Below, one piece after another: positions 25,400-37,834 of a stretch of 64,000 nt of DNA (its first letter is position 1; every line of letters begins with the position of its first letter). Origin of the DNA: Chiloscyllium plagiosum (lineage: Eukaryota). The position numbers were made by a program, and so were the translations under genes. The stretch lies in contig NC_057752.1 of the NCBI RefSeq assembly GCF_004010195.1, positions 8,142,317 through 8,206,316 on the forward strand, written 5' to 3'. Below the pieces are notes generated by a model that saw nothing but the letters and a program-made list of their open reading frames with translations, did no database searches and had not been told where the DNA came from.

Positions 25400-25610
25400 A
25401 ACAAAGGTGGTTGGTTAGACAGCTGGTTTGCGATGCAGATTGATGCGAATACCGCAAGTTAACTTCTACACCAGCTGAGGTTACCATGAAGGATTCTCCT
25501 CCTCAAACCTCTCTCCTTGCCTGACACATGGTAGTTTAACTTGAGAGTCACCATCATTTGTCTCTCTCTAATGAGAGCAGTGCTCTGCTCCAGTAGAACT
25601 ATAATGACTT
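25400..25610 (+). mobile_element. Probable decayed tRNA-derived SINE
   Basis: gttggttagacagctggtttgcgatgcag...gctgaggttaccatgaagg...tctctctctaatgagag; tRNA-like head. Confidence 0.45.
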
Positions 25611-25619
25611 TACCCACGC

Positions 25620-25920
25620 CTTGAGCCTGTTCCACCATTCAATGAGATCATGGGTGATCTGTGGCCTAATTCCATACACCTGCCCTTGGCCCATATTCCT
25701 TCATACCTTTGCTTAACAAACATTTTAAATTTGAGATAGATAATTAACAACTGATCTAGCATCCCCATCCTTTGTGTGTAGAAATGCTTCCCTACATCTC
25801 TTCTGAACTGACCCCAATTCTCAAAGTATGCCCCCTAGTTTTAGAGTCCCCAATCAGTGGAAATGGTTTATATTTATCTACCCTGTCTTTCCTTGTTAAC
25901 ATCCTGAAGACTTCAATTTA
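25620..25920 (-). mobile_element. CR1-type 3' fragment
   Basis: ccaccattcaatgagatcatgg and atttatctaccctgtc resemble the other CR1 3' ends in the window. Confidence 0.65.
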
Positions 25921-28136
25921 GGACAAATAAAAAAATGTCCTGAAGGGGATTATGATTAGGTTCTGATGCAGAGGAAAATTGGGAATGCTAAAAATTTGTT
26001 GATCAAAATTCTTGGATTTTTCATTACTGGGAAAACAATGATTTGCCAAGTTAAACTATTTTAAACAATTCCACGAAAAGCTGAAGGATACGCTCACATT
26101 TACCCATGCTATTAGATATTATACCATTGAACAATGATGATTTTTTAAATCAATAAATCTGAGCCAATTATGTGCAAATGTGATGGATAACATAAATGCA
26201 AAACATTTACAACAATAGGCATGTTTAGACTATGCAGGGAAATTTTGTTTTTAGCAATATGGTTTATTGGAATACTTCCTGGTGTCGTGGGGATTAAATT
26301 TAAGAATTCAGCCAGTCAGTTCTTCCATGGATTGCAAATTCGTGTATTTTCTATTATAACGTATTTAATTTTTAGCCCTCATCTCTGAAAGCTGATAATA
26401 CACAGCAAGGTTGTATATAACAAATAAAACGAACTATCTTGTAGTTCGCAGTACCAAGAAATGGGATGCAGCTGTTCTCTGACATAATTTTGGGCTTTGG
26501 TCACACATGGGATTATACTGGACTTTTGGGGGGAGGGGGGTGGGCACAAAGAGCACACAAAAGTTACAAAAAAATGATATATGCATGGAGACTGTTTGTT
26601 CCTCGCAAAATAAATATGAAAATAAAGGTCTGCATTTATACAGCCATTTTCATGACCATTGATTGATTCATTTGTCTTTCCTCAAAGAAAACAATGATGG
26701 ATAACTGCAGCTTTTTTGATGTTGACATCCATTTTTCATTTGGTGGAACAAATAACTTAAATCGCTGTCTGATGTCAGAGGGTCATTAGAATACTTACAT
26801 TTTTATAACTATCAATACAAATGACAATTGCAGTAGTTTGCTTCAACAAAGTTAACTTAAAGAGCACTTTGCATCAAAATATGTTTTCTGTAGTTTAGAG
26901 AATTACAAATAAAAATCAGTGATCTAACTATTTTAACACTTCAAAATACATCAAAACAATATCCCTTCCCTGAACTGCAACACTAGATGGATTAGGGAAA
27001 GAGAAGAATTGTTGTGTAAGTCAGTAATTAATCAAGGTGGGAAGGTAGTTCCAATGCAGAAGTATACCTAGATGTTTGAAATCAGATCATTCAGAAATAT
27101 GAAGAATTATAACATGGTAACACCACCTGAAAGAGAACTTTTCCACAAAAGCTTCTGAAAACTAAACAGATGTTGAGGTTGTTCAAAATCAGAAGATCCA
27201 TTTTATACCCGCCTTATATAATTTTTATTCCAACTATTAATAATTTAAACAAACCTTCCATTTAAGCAATATGGAGATTCCGATGCTTCAGGATGATTTA
27301 AGAGCATGCCGGGATGCTTTGTTTAAATAAAAGGACAGGTGGTGATATTCAACTTAACATTACAAGCAATATTTGAAAACAGCATGATGAGCTTTTAGGG
27401 AACGGTTTAAGACTACGACTGAGCTACTGGAGAACAGCAAGTAGTAAAAGTCAAGTTTTGTAGTGAATGAATCTAGTAACTCATGACACATACTAAGAAA
27501 TATTTTGCCATTTTTTAAAGAATGCAGTTAACAAAAGTATGCATTACATGCACCCTCACAATGTTGTCACTTGTTCACTGCTAAACTGATCAACTGAGGT
27601 GTGCCCTGAAATAACAAAGTTCACAATTAGCTTAATTTATAACTACTTGCCTTTTTGCATGCAATGCAGATTCTTCTGGGATAAACTGCTGAGATTAGAA
27701 AGAAACTGGGGTCTATTCTATTAGGCATAATAAAGATTAACAATACAGAATGCCAGGCCTCAGTCACATCCTCTCAAGAGTATCACTCCCTGACAGCACA
27801 GCATCCCTATTATTTCAAAGAAATATGGAAACCACCACTCCTACTCCATTTGTTTGTTCAGATACACATTCTGTTCCACTTGTGACACCTGAATGTAAGT
27901 TCCCTGTTAAGTTTCTGCAGCACACGATTCTTGTGAAATTATTAGCAATCAACTGTTTGTGAAATTATGCCACATTCCTATCTCAGCAAGTGTAATATTT
28001 CACTTCAGATGGCTACCTCCTTGATGTGGAAAATACTCATTGCAAGAGTACTTGGTACATGCTTTTCATTGTGATTTCCATAATCAAAAGCATCATATTT
28101 TACATGCAATAATTTACATTCAAGCCTACAAAATCT

Positions 28137-28404
28137 ACCCTTCTAATCGCCATGGAAGATTTGAATCAAACCTTTTCGTAAAGAGGCATGTGATAAAGCA
28201 AAATGCCAAATTCAGAACACTCATTAGCATTTGGATGGCAAAACCTGTAGCGCTTGCCGCAGATGCAGAGGTTGCGCAAGATGTCTCAGCAAATGTCATC
28301 AATGCTATTGGCAGCCTTGCTGTTGTCACTGTTGACTAAATGATCTGTACCTTACAGTCTATAGATTAATTCAGCGCTGCTCAGTCAAGATGCTCAACAA
28401 GGAA
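28137..28404 (-). pseudogene. zc3h10: Decayed, 3'-truncated ZC3H10-like paralog exon
   Basis: Manual translation gives DDIC*DILRNLCICGKRYRFCHPNANECSEFGILL...[frameshift]KGLIQIFHGD*KG versus DDICRDFLRNVCNRGKRCKFRHPDANEMSTLGLLS...KGEIPICHDYQKG. Stops at 28286-28288 and 28143-28145, no ATG. Acceptor and 5'UTR align with 6529-6609. Confidence 0.88.
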
Positions 28405-30377
28405 CTGCAAAAGAAAAACAAGTCATGTCTTTACAAAGAAAGAGGGAATTACAGGTATCCACAAAATAACTAATTCACTCATCTCAATGATTAAAACATT
28501 CATTGAAAGTAAACCATTAATGGAAGACATACATGTAATAAGAGTTGATGGAATTTCAGCTTTCTACCCTGACCAAGTTTTTCTCCATTCCTGAATGAAC
28601 CAGATGTACCAGATTTCTGACATTGCGCTCAGATGCACATTCATTATGTGTGGACCTAAAAAGGCATCCCATTCACTTGTGGAAGCTAAGCTAAACCTAA
28701 TCCAATGATCACCGCATACACTTACTGGAGGGCTCACTGGAAAATGATCAGGCATGAGACTTTATTGCCCCATAATCCAGAAGGCCAGAGACAAAACTGT
28801 ATCAACTCTACTTCTATGCTGGCAGTGATTAGCCAACTCATCACTGAACACCAATCAAAATCAGGGATCTTTAGGCTTCATAGACATCTAAACAAGTTGA
28901 ATCATAAGGGTGCTCTGACTTATTGCTATCGATAATATTGAATAGAACATCTATGTGCACCATACAGAGATCAGGGACTGTCAATTAGAAGCAGAAAAAT
29001 TGGCTGGATCTCCTTTCTATTACCTGAGAACAATTAAAGCAGTTAATTGACTGAGATCAACATCAGCAAGGTCAGGGACTGAATTTGGAATCTTATTAGC
29101 CTATTGAACATCACACAAAACTCAGCAATGCATTTAAGGTCAGATCCATTAAAGTTCAGCAATGGTATGCTTTCCTAATCAGACATTGGAAGATGTCTGG
29201 AAGACCCATAATGACTTGCCCATTGGTGAAAATCAGAAACTTCATCACACCTCCCTTGAAAGCACAGTAGCAACTACAGACTTTGTGGCTCCAAAGGATA
29301 TAAACTGGTCATATACCACTGATGCATTTCGTACGTGTCAGGCCACCTTTTTTACTTTAGCACCATGTAACCATTCTAATGGTGAAACTTGTTAATACAA
29401 GTTGCGACAATTTACATGTCGCACATTTCCAAGTATAGTTTAGCAAAGCAGTCCAACACTAATTGGTCTGTGGGGGAAAAATACCCAGAAGGCAATTGGA
29501 AGTGTTACTGTTTCACTTCTTATGAAGGCAATAGATCAATAAATTAACCTATCTAACGAGCGGAGGACAATTCTGTTTGTTCTCATGTAACATGGAAACA
29601 TCAATAAGGTGAGGCAGAATCAGTGAAATAAAATTCAAGACACTTGTATCTTTAAATAAAAGCCTGGGTATAAACCATTTAAAATTTCTTTTTAAATCAG
29701 GATAAAAATATACACAGCCAGCAAAACGATGAGACATTTTCATAAAAATGGTGTAACTGTAGCTGAATTCTGTGTATTCTTGTTAAAACTTGCAGAAAAT
29801 TGGCCGCCACTACATTCAACCCTACCATATTGCAAAAAAAACATGTGCTTAGTCTGCTAAATTCTCAACTGATCAAGGCCTTTATGCGCCAAGACTATTT
29901 ATTTCTAATCCACGTCGACATCAGAAATTTTACTTTTTAAACTTAACACTGCCACTCTCAAAAGTAAATGAAAGTAAAATCAAAAATGAATCGTCATAAA
30001 CTTTGAGCAATTTCAAATTACCTTTGAGGGAAATCAAGTGAACTTTAAATAAGCAGCATGGAAGATGGCAGTGCACCAAATTGTTACACGTACTAATTAG
30101 AATACTGGCTCCACAGAGTGGCTATTACAAATTAAGCTGCATTACCTCTAGCCTGACATTTTAACCTGTTTTTATGAAAGCGCTAATTTAGCTCAAACTA
30201 ACAGCGTGCATCATAACTTAGACATCCAAGTGTATACTCCGAGTGAAAATAACACAACAGACAGGAAAATGTAAGATTTCAAGCAAGAATGGCTTTGCTA
30301 CATCAACGTTCGTTTTTTTTCGGTTTTGGGACAAGTATCAATGAGAATCATTGTGCAAAAGAAAAAAAAGCAGTCAT

Positions 30378-30387
30378 CACTTACCTG
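30378..30387 (-). promoter_or_regulatory. Consensus splice donor CAG|GTAAGTG, candidate non-coding upstream exon end
   Basis: Plus strand cacttacctg, about 2 kb upstream of the paralog acceptor, in non-repeat-like sequence. Confidence 0.35.
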
Positions 30388-31954
30388 CACAACATATTGC
30401 AACAGAAAGATATTACTCAAGTGGATCATAGAGTGATCTTGCTCGCATTCATGCTCCATCCCAAAGTCATTTATTTATTGCTATAGTCTTACTGCTAAGA
30501 TGTCAATCCAGCAACTTACAAGGGGTGAGGCAAGACAATATTTACGTATGTAAACTACTGTAGTTAAAACTTCATGAAATTAAGTGGGAAATTCAATCCT
30601 ACCCAAACAGATCTCCAGTGATGTTGCTCAATAGAGAGAAGGTTTCTGAGATTTGGGTGCTAGAGTGGAAAATGCATGTTTCCAGTGAAAGTAGTTTCAA
30701 CACTAATGTTAACAGCTATAACATGACAAAACTGCATTTGAATCAGAACAGAAATTGCTAGAGAAACTCAGATCTGACAGCAACTGTGGAAAGAAAGCAG
30801 AGTTAACGTTGAGTTCAGTCCCCATTCCTCAGAACTAATAGTAGCTAGGAAAAGGTAGTATTTATGCTGGCTGGCTGTTTTGAGGGGAGGGGGCACTACA
30901 CTGTGAGCAGCACATACTAGATTGAGTGAGGTGCAGGTAAATCGCTGCTTCACCTTGATGGTATGTCTGGAGACTTGGATCGTGAGAAAGGAGGACAAAA
31001 ATGGGCAGGTGTTGCACATTCTGCAACTGCATGGAAAGCTGCTGTGGAGGGTGGGGTACGAGGTGGTGTTGGGAGTGGACCAGGGTGTCCCAGATGGAAT
31101 GGCTTCTGTGAAATGCTGGCAATGGACGAGAGGGAAATGTGTGTCAAGTGGGAGCATCTCACTGGATTTGGCAGAAATGGTGGCTTATGATCCTTGGGAA
31201 ATGAATGATGGTGGGGTGGAAAGTAAGGACCAGGAGACGCTATTGGTGTTGTAAGAGGGTAAGAAAAGGGGCGAGGGCAGAAGTGCGGGAAATGGATCGG
31301 ACACAGCTGAGGGCCTATCAACCACAGTAGCAGGGAATCCTCAGTTGAGGGAAAAGGGGGACTTTTCTGAGGCCCATCTGTCTCTGGAAGGTGGCATCAT
31401 CACAACAGATGGGATGGAGACAGAGGAACTGGGAGAATGGGAAAGAGTTCTTGCGGACACCAGGGTGTGAGGATGTATAGTCCAGGCAACTGTGGGAATT
31501 GTAGGGTTTGCAGTGGTTAACAGTTGCCATCCTATTATCAGAAATGAAAAAGAGAGATGTCGACAAAAGGGAAGAGTCAGAGATGCACCAGGTGAAGGCA
31601 AGAGCAGGGTGGAAATTGGAAGCAAAATTGATACATTTTTCCAGTTCAGAATGAGGCAGGGAAGCAGCAACGATGTTACTGATGCACTAGAAAGAGGTAT
31701 ATGTGGGGATCAGAGTAGGACTGGTACGAAGAATGCTTTACATGCCCCACAAAGAGGCAGGCATAAATGGGGCCCATACGGGTACCAATGGCCACCCCTG
31801 TAAAAGACCTGCTGTAAAAGACAGGAGTTAAAAAGGAGAAGCTTTTCAAAGTGAAGACCTGCTCGGCCAAATAGAGGAGGGTAGTGGGGATGGGCATGTA
31901 AGAAGGACTGCACATCCATGGTGAAGAGGTGGCAGCCGGTACCTGCAACCTGGA

Positions 31955-32645
31955 GATTTTGAAAATAATGTAAAGCTGGATGTAAGTTTGTTCGCTGAGC
32001 TGGAAGATTTGTTTTCAGATGTTCCATCACCATACTAGATAACATCTTCAGTGAGCCTTCAGTGAAGTACTGGTGGTATGGCCCACTTTTTATTTGTTTA
32101 GTTTTCCTTGGGTTAGTGATGTCATTTCCTTTTTTTTCCCCCCCTCAGGGGTGGTAAATAGGATCCAAGTCAATGTGTTTGTTGATAGCACTCCAACCGG
32201 AACTCTATGCTTCTAGGCATGTATCCGGAATACATTAACATCAACTAGCCACAAAATGACACAACCCTGTCTCACGAGTATCCTCACATACAGATAAGGA
32301 AGGACATCATTTCAACTGGGACAACACATCCATCCTAGGACAAGCCAAACAGAGACACGCGGCAGAATTCCTAGAAGTGTGGCACTTCAACCAGAACTCT
32401 ATCAACAAACACATTGACTTGGATCCCATTTACCGCCCCGAGAAAGAGAACCGGAAATGACATCACAAATCCAAGGAAAACTAAGAGCAAATAAGAAGCA
32501 AGCCATACCACCAGTGCTTCATCAGAGGCTCACTGATGTTATCTAGTATGGTGACAAAACATCTGAAAATGAACCTTCCAGCTCAACGAGCAAACTTACA
32601 TCCAGAACCTCAACCTGAGTTACAAATCTTCTCAAAACTCACGAA
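31955..32645. mobile_element. Inverted pair of PLE family B ends
   Basis: 31955-32215 is the reverse complement of about 32370-32645. The FNWDNTSILGQAKQRHAAEFLEVWH GIY-YIG tail is on the plus strand. Confidence 0.85.
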
Positions 32646-32711
32646 TAAGGTAAAGCATCAGTGGGATCAAGTTAAGTGGGAAGGGACTGGACACCATTTT
32701 GGTTTTGGCAA

Positions 32712-33035
32712 AACTAAGGACTGCAGATTCTGGAGATTAGAATCAAGATTAGAGTGGTGAGTGGTGCTGGAAAAGCACAGCAGGTCAGGCAGCATCCAAG
32801 GAGCAGGAAAACCGACATTTCGGGCAGGAGCCCTTCATCAGGAATGAGGATGGAAGCCTCGGGGCAGGGCTGGGGAGAAGGCAGTTGAGTGCGCAATAGG
32901 TGGATGGAGGAAGGGGTAAAGGTGATAGGTTGGAGAGGAGGGTGGAGCGGATAGGTGGGAAGGAAGATGGACAGGTGGGACAGGTCATGAGGATGGTGCT
33001 GAGCTGGAAGTTTGGAACTGGGGTAAGGTGAGAAA
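32712..33035 (-). mobile_element. PLE family A 3' fragment
   Basis: Matches 37835-38170; hammerhead-like motif at about 32810-32845. Confidence 0.85.
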
Positions 33036-33999
33036 TTAAACACAGATTAGGTGACTGCTTTGCAAAACACCCAAATTCTGTCCACAAAAATGACCCTTAG
33101 GCTTCCAGTTGCCTGCTACTTTTACACACCACTGTGTTCTCTGGTCAACATTTCTGTCTTGGGCTTGCTGCAGTGCGCCAAGGCTTAGCACAAGCTGGAA
33201 GAACAGCACCTTGTCTTCTGCTTAGGAACCCTGCAGCCTTCAGAACCTTATATAGAGTTCAAGAATTTTAGAACCTGACCACCTTCTTCCACATTTTTTA
33301 CTTACACCTGAGGCCCTGTTGTCACACTGGCTGCTTTCAGCATACCCAACCCATTTTCATCTACCTATGGTCATAGGTATCAGCTTTTTTTTCCCTCCCG
33401 AGCAGACCATCACTAATATCTTTGTCTCCTTACTGTCATTCTCTTTCTTGATGTCCCCTTCCCCCAAGCATAAATAGCACATTTTTCCAGCTATCAGAAT
33501 TTGATTTGAATTATTGTCACATGTACCCAAGTACAGTGAAAAACTTGAGCAGTACAGGCTGATCATAGTAAGCAAAGACATACAGATCATAGTGTGCTTG
33601 GACAGAGTGAGGCATACAGGTTACACTCTGAAGGGGCACTGGACTCGAAGCGTTGACTCTCCACAGATGCTGCCAGACCTGCTGAGCTTCCTCCAGCAAT
33701 TTCAGTTTGTGTTTCAAATTTCTAGTATCACAATTCTTTGAGTTTCTTTTGCTTTTTAAATCAGCTCCATTTGCACTCTATTTTTAAGTGCATCTGCAGC
33801 ATACATGATAACATAGTAGTGAAGAAGAAAGAAAGAAAAAGCAGACAGTACCTCAAACTTGACTTAGCCCATACCATCTTGCCTATTTACTCCCCAGCAC
33901 TTGCTTTTTCCTCAGTGTATCAGGATCATACGGTTTTAATGAATTGAAGAAACCTGACACACATATAGATCTGGAATGCATTGCCTAGAGCATGGAGGC

Positions 34000-34457
34000 A
34001 AGTTCACTCTGCCAAGGACATGGAGGTCCTGGGCCTCCTTCACCGCCGCTCCCTCACCACCAGACGCCTGGAGGAAGAATGCCTCATCTTCCGCTTTGGA
34101 ACACTTCAACATCAGGGCATCAATGTGGACTTCAACAGTTTCCTCATTTCCCCTTCCCCCACCTCATCCTAGTTCCAAACTTCCAGCTCAGCACTGTCCC
34201 CATAACTTGTCCTACCTGCCTATCTTCTTTTCCACCTATCCACTCCACCCTCCTCCCTGACCTATCACCTTCATCCCCTCCCCCACTCACTTATTGTACT
34301 CTATGCTACTTTCTCCCCACCCCCACCAGCTTATCTCTCCACCCTTCAGGCTCTCTGCCTTTATTCCTGATGAAGGGCTTTTGCCCGAAACGTCGATTTT
34401 CCTGCTCCTCGGATGCTGCCCGAACTGCTGTGCTCTTCCAGCACCACTAATCCAGAA
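34000..34457 (+). mobile_element. PLE family A 3' fragment (GIY-YIG C-terminus plus terminal repeat)
   Basis: RRLEEECLIFRFGTLQHQGINVDF; near-identical to the reverse complement of 37870-38320. Confidence 0.9.
34363..34398 (+). ncRNA. Minimal hammerhead ribozyme motif (PLE family A), intact core
   Basis: attc CTGATGA a GGGC tttt GCCC GAAAC GTC gatt. Confidence 0.7.
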
Positions 34458-34764
34458 TACTTTTAGCAGAAGACTGTGGCAGAATAGATGCCACAACGTT
34501 GTGAAGATAGTTGGGCCTTTTCTTATTGGAGATACTCATCGGTTGGATGCTTCATTAGAGTTGTGTTCGTAAACAGACAGGATCACTTACAATTTTAACA
34601 TCAAGGGAGGATTTTTGATGAAGCAGGTGAAAATAATTCATAGGATTAAAAACTAACAAGTTATTTTGAGGAATTCTATCTACTGGCCATAGACAAGATT
34701 CAACTTCCACATAAAATTTTTCTACTTTAACTATGGACACAAAATCAGCTGATGCAGTTATATT

Positions 34765-35135
34765 AAGTTATAAATCACATAACATCAGGTTATAGTGCAA
34801 CAGGTTTGTTTGGTAGCAGCAGAATCTGTGTCTTATGATCCTACTCCACTGCTACCTGAAGAAAGAGCAGTGCTCCAAAAACTAGTAGTGCAACAGGTTT
34901 GTTTGGAAGTATGACCTGGTGTTGAGAGATTTCAGACTGGGGTGGACAAAGTTATAAAGCACACACCAGGTTATAGTCGGATCATCAGACACAGATCCTG
35001 CTCCACAGCTACCTGACGAAGAAACAGTGCTTCAAAAACTAGTACTTCCAAATCAATCTGTTGGATTATAACCAGGAGTTGTGAGATTTATAACTTTGTC
35101 CACCCCAGTCCAACACTGGCACCTCCACATCATGC
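34765..35135. mobile_element. Rearranged cluster of PLE family C ends
   Basis: Repeated caggttatagtgcaacaggtttg and inverted copies. Two tandem degenerate hammerhead-like motifs at about 34853 and 35010. Confidence 0.75.
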
Positions 35136-35229
35136 CAGATATATAACATCAAGTGCCCCGTTTCCAAAACACGACCATGAGATTCTTCAAAAGAAGCAAA
35201 GTTAGAAACCACAGGAGAACAAGGCCAGT

Positions 35230-35800
35230 GCACAGAGACCATAAAGATCTTTCAGCCCGATGGCTGGTCTGGTCCACAAGTTGATCATGGCTGATCTAAT
35301 AATCCTCAACTTCACTTTCCTGCCTTTTCCCTATTGCCTTTGTTTCACTTAATGATTAAAAATCTGTTTCAGCCTTCAATATACTTAATGACCCAGACTC
35401 AACAGCCCTCTGCAGAAGAAAAAAGTTCCTCATCTGTGTCTTAAGTGTGCAAACCATTATTCAGAGATTATGCCCACTGATCCAACTCTCCCACAAGGGA
35501 AAACAAACTCACAACATCTAGCCTGTCAAGTCCCCAAAAAATCTTATTTTAATAAGGTAATCTCTCATTCTTCTAAATTCCAATGAGCACAGACCAGCCT
35601 CATAAGACATTCCTTCCATTACTGGTATCAACTGAGTGAATCTTCTCTGGATTGCCTTGAATGGCAGTTTATCTTTCCTTTGAGAAAAGGACGAAAACGG
35701 TCTTAAGTATTCGAGATGTGGTCTGACTAGTGCCTTGTATAACTTTAGCAAGACTTCCGATCTCTTATATTACATTCCCTTTGAAATAAAGGACAATGTT
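35230..35800 (-). mobile_element. CR1-type LINE 3' part
   Basis: ORF 35518-35751 has LYKALVRPHLEY...AIQRRFTQLIP. Confidence 0.85.
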
Positions 35801-35974
35801 CCTTTGTTTTGGTTCAAATTCCCTTCAATAATATTTTCCTTTTGTGGTTCAACATGTTTATAAGGCCTGAATTTTAAGTTCACGAGAGATAGTTCACGAG
35901 TGACAGTAATAGGGTGGTTGTTATGGGGGACTTTAACTTTCCTGATATTGATTGGGAAAGCTATAGCTCAAGTT

Positions 35975-36210
35975 CGATTTATAACTTTGTCCACCCCAGT
36001 CCGAAATCTCTCAACACCAGGTTATAGTGCAACAGGTTTGTTTGGAAGTACTAGTTTTTGGAGCACTGCTCTTTCTTCAGATAGCTGTGAAGTAGGATCA
36101 TAAGACACAGATTCTGGTGCACAGCTACCTGAAGAAGCAGTGCTCCAAAAACTAGTACTTCCAAACAAACCTGTTGCACTATAACCTGGTGTTGTGTGAT
36201 TTATAACTTA
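35975..36210. mobile_element. Palindromic PLE family C insertion
   Basis: caacaccaggttatagtgcaacaggtttgtttggaagtactagtttttggagcactgct (36012-36070) is inverted at about 36137-36194. Confidence 0.85.
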
Positions 36211-36369
36211 ATATATCTGCATCAGCCTTTTAATTTTTCTGAACTAATTCTGAAAGCAAAAACACTAATAAGTAATATAAAAAAAGGCAAGAGAATCTTT
36301 AAATGTGTGAAAAGGAATAGCGAGAAATGGCTTCTCATAGGAGACAGGGAGTTCGAATACTACCATTTC

Positions 36370-37760
36370 AGGATGGTAATTAATGTACCAACTTTGCAGA
36401 TGACACCAATTGGAAAGGCAAATAGCGAGAAGTCTGCAGAGGGTTCTGGACAGGCTAAGTGAATGGGCAAAAACTTGACAGCTGGAATATTATATGGGAA
36501 AATGTGAGGTTATACTCTCTAGCAGGAAGAATAGAGCAATAAAATATTATTTCAATGGAGAAAGCAGCAACAGATGGATTTGGGGCTCTTGTACATAAAT
36601 CATAAAAAGCCAGCATGCATGTACAGCAGGTATTACGGCAGACAAATGCAATGCTGACCTTTATTTGAAAGGAAATAGTATAAAAATAGGGAAATATTGC
36701 TAAAACGAGACAAGGCACAAGTGAGACCACATCTGGATATCCTGGAGAATTCTGGTTCTTTCAAAGAAAACATATACAGAGGGACCTAGATTGTCCGAAT
36801 ATCAGATTATCCGAAGGAGATCTCGAGATCCCGATAGAAACATTACATCAAAGATGTGTTTCTAACACTGATCGTGTCTTTTGTTTAAAGTGATTAAAAG
36901 TGAACTCGGCTTACTGAAATGCTGCCGAGAACAGTCTTGCACTGATGGCAGCCCAAATGTCTGACCTCCATGCGCTGAGCTTCCACCCCACCCCCCAATT
37001 TTCTCTGCAGTTCTAAACAGGCGTGTACCCTAAACCCCCCCTTCGCCAGATTATCTCTCCAACATCATCCTGTACAGGGCAAAGGTGGAACCTGTCAAAA
37101 ACTTTGCACTGAAAATTTGTGTGTGGGGCTGTGTGTACACTATTTGGAGACCCCCCTCCCCCAAAAGGCAGCAGCAGCAGCAGTCTTGTCATTGGTGTCC
37201 AGTCCGGCTTCCCCGGGGGTGTGGTGGGGAGGGACAGTGTTGGACAGGGTTGCAGGGGAAGGGAGAGCGGGGAGTAATGTTGGACGTGGATCACATAGGG
37301 GGCAGTGTTGGATGCGGTTAGGGATGTGCAGGGGCTCGCGTGTAGTGTGCTGCTGCCTAGTTTTTCTGAACGGGGAGCGGACTTGAATGAGAATAGACCT
37401 TATTAACAGAAGCTTCTTAGAGAGAGAGAGACAAAGAATGCGTCCATCTCTGTAGCGTGTCTGTGTGTTTCACATTGTTGAAAGTTTCTTTCCCCTGGTA
37501 GGACATACTAGGACCAGAGGGCATAATCTCAGAGTAAGGAGTTGCTCATTTAAATCAGATGAGGAGTAATTTCCTCTCCTAGAGGGTAGTAAATCTGCAG
37601 AATTCTTTACTGCTGAGGCTGGGCCATTAAGTTCAATCAAGATTGAGAAAAACAAGATTGTTAATCATTAAGGGAATCAAGGATTGAGAAAAAGGCAGGA
37701 AAGTGGAGTTGAAGATGTTCAGATCAACTATGATCACACTGAACGAGCTTACTTCTTCCA
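36370..37760 (+). mobile_element. Decayed CR1 split by a DNA-transposon fragment
   Basis: FADDT at about 36395 and GKCEVI at about 36497; 3' end resumes at about 37480-37760. Confidence 0.7.
36777..37385. mobile_element. Probable Tc1/mariner (Tigger/pogo-like) non-autonomous fragment
   Basis: TA followed by CAGAGGGACCTAGATTGTCCGAA..GATTATCCGAA resembles a Tigger-type terminus. No second terminus was found, so the right boundary is uncertain. Confidence 0.5.
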
Positions 37761-37834
37761 CATCTTATCATCTTACAACATTCAGCAAGTTCTATAAGAC
37801 AGCTCCTCATAGATAATATCAAAAATAAAACTGG

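Larger units (their letters stand above)
30740..33745. mobile_element. Old Penelope-like element (family E) with inverted ends, hosting nested PLEs
   Basis: Minus-strand frames give GVAIGTRMGPIYACLFVGH, CLDYTSSHP and CSCRMCNTCPF. Left end cagaaattgctagagaaactcag is inverted at ctgagcttcctccagcaatttcag (about 33680). Plus-strand GIY-YIG tail at about 33045-33280. Confidence 0.8.

Noticed and set aside
34765..36210. Repeat cluster superficially like a CRISPR array
   Set aside because: Eukaryotic context, mixed orientations, no regular unique spacers; explained by PLE-type ends.
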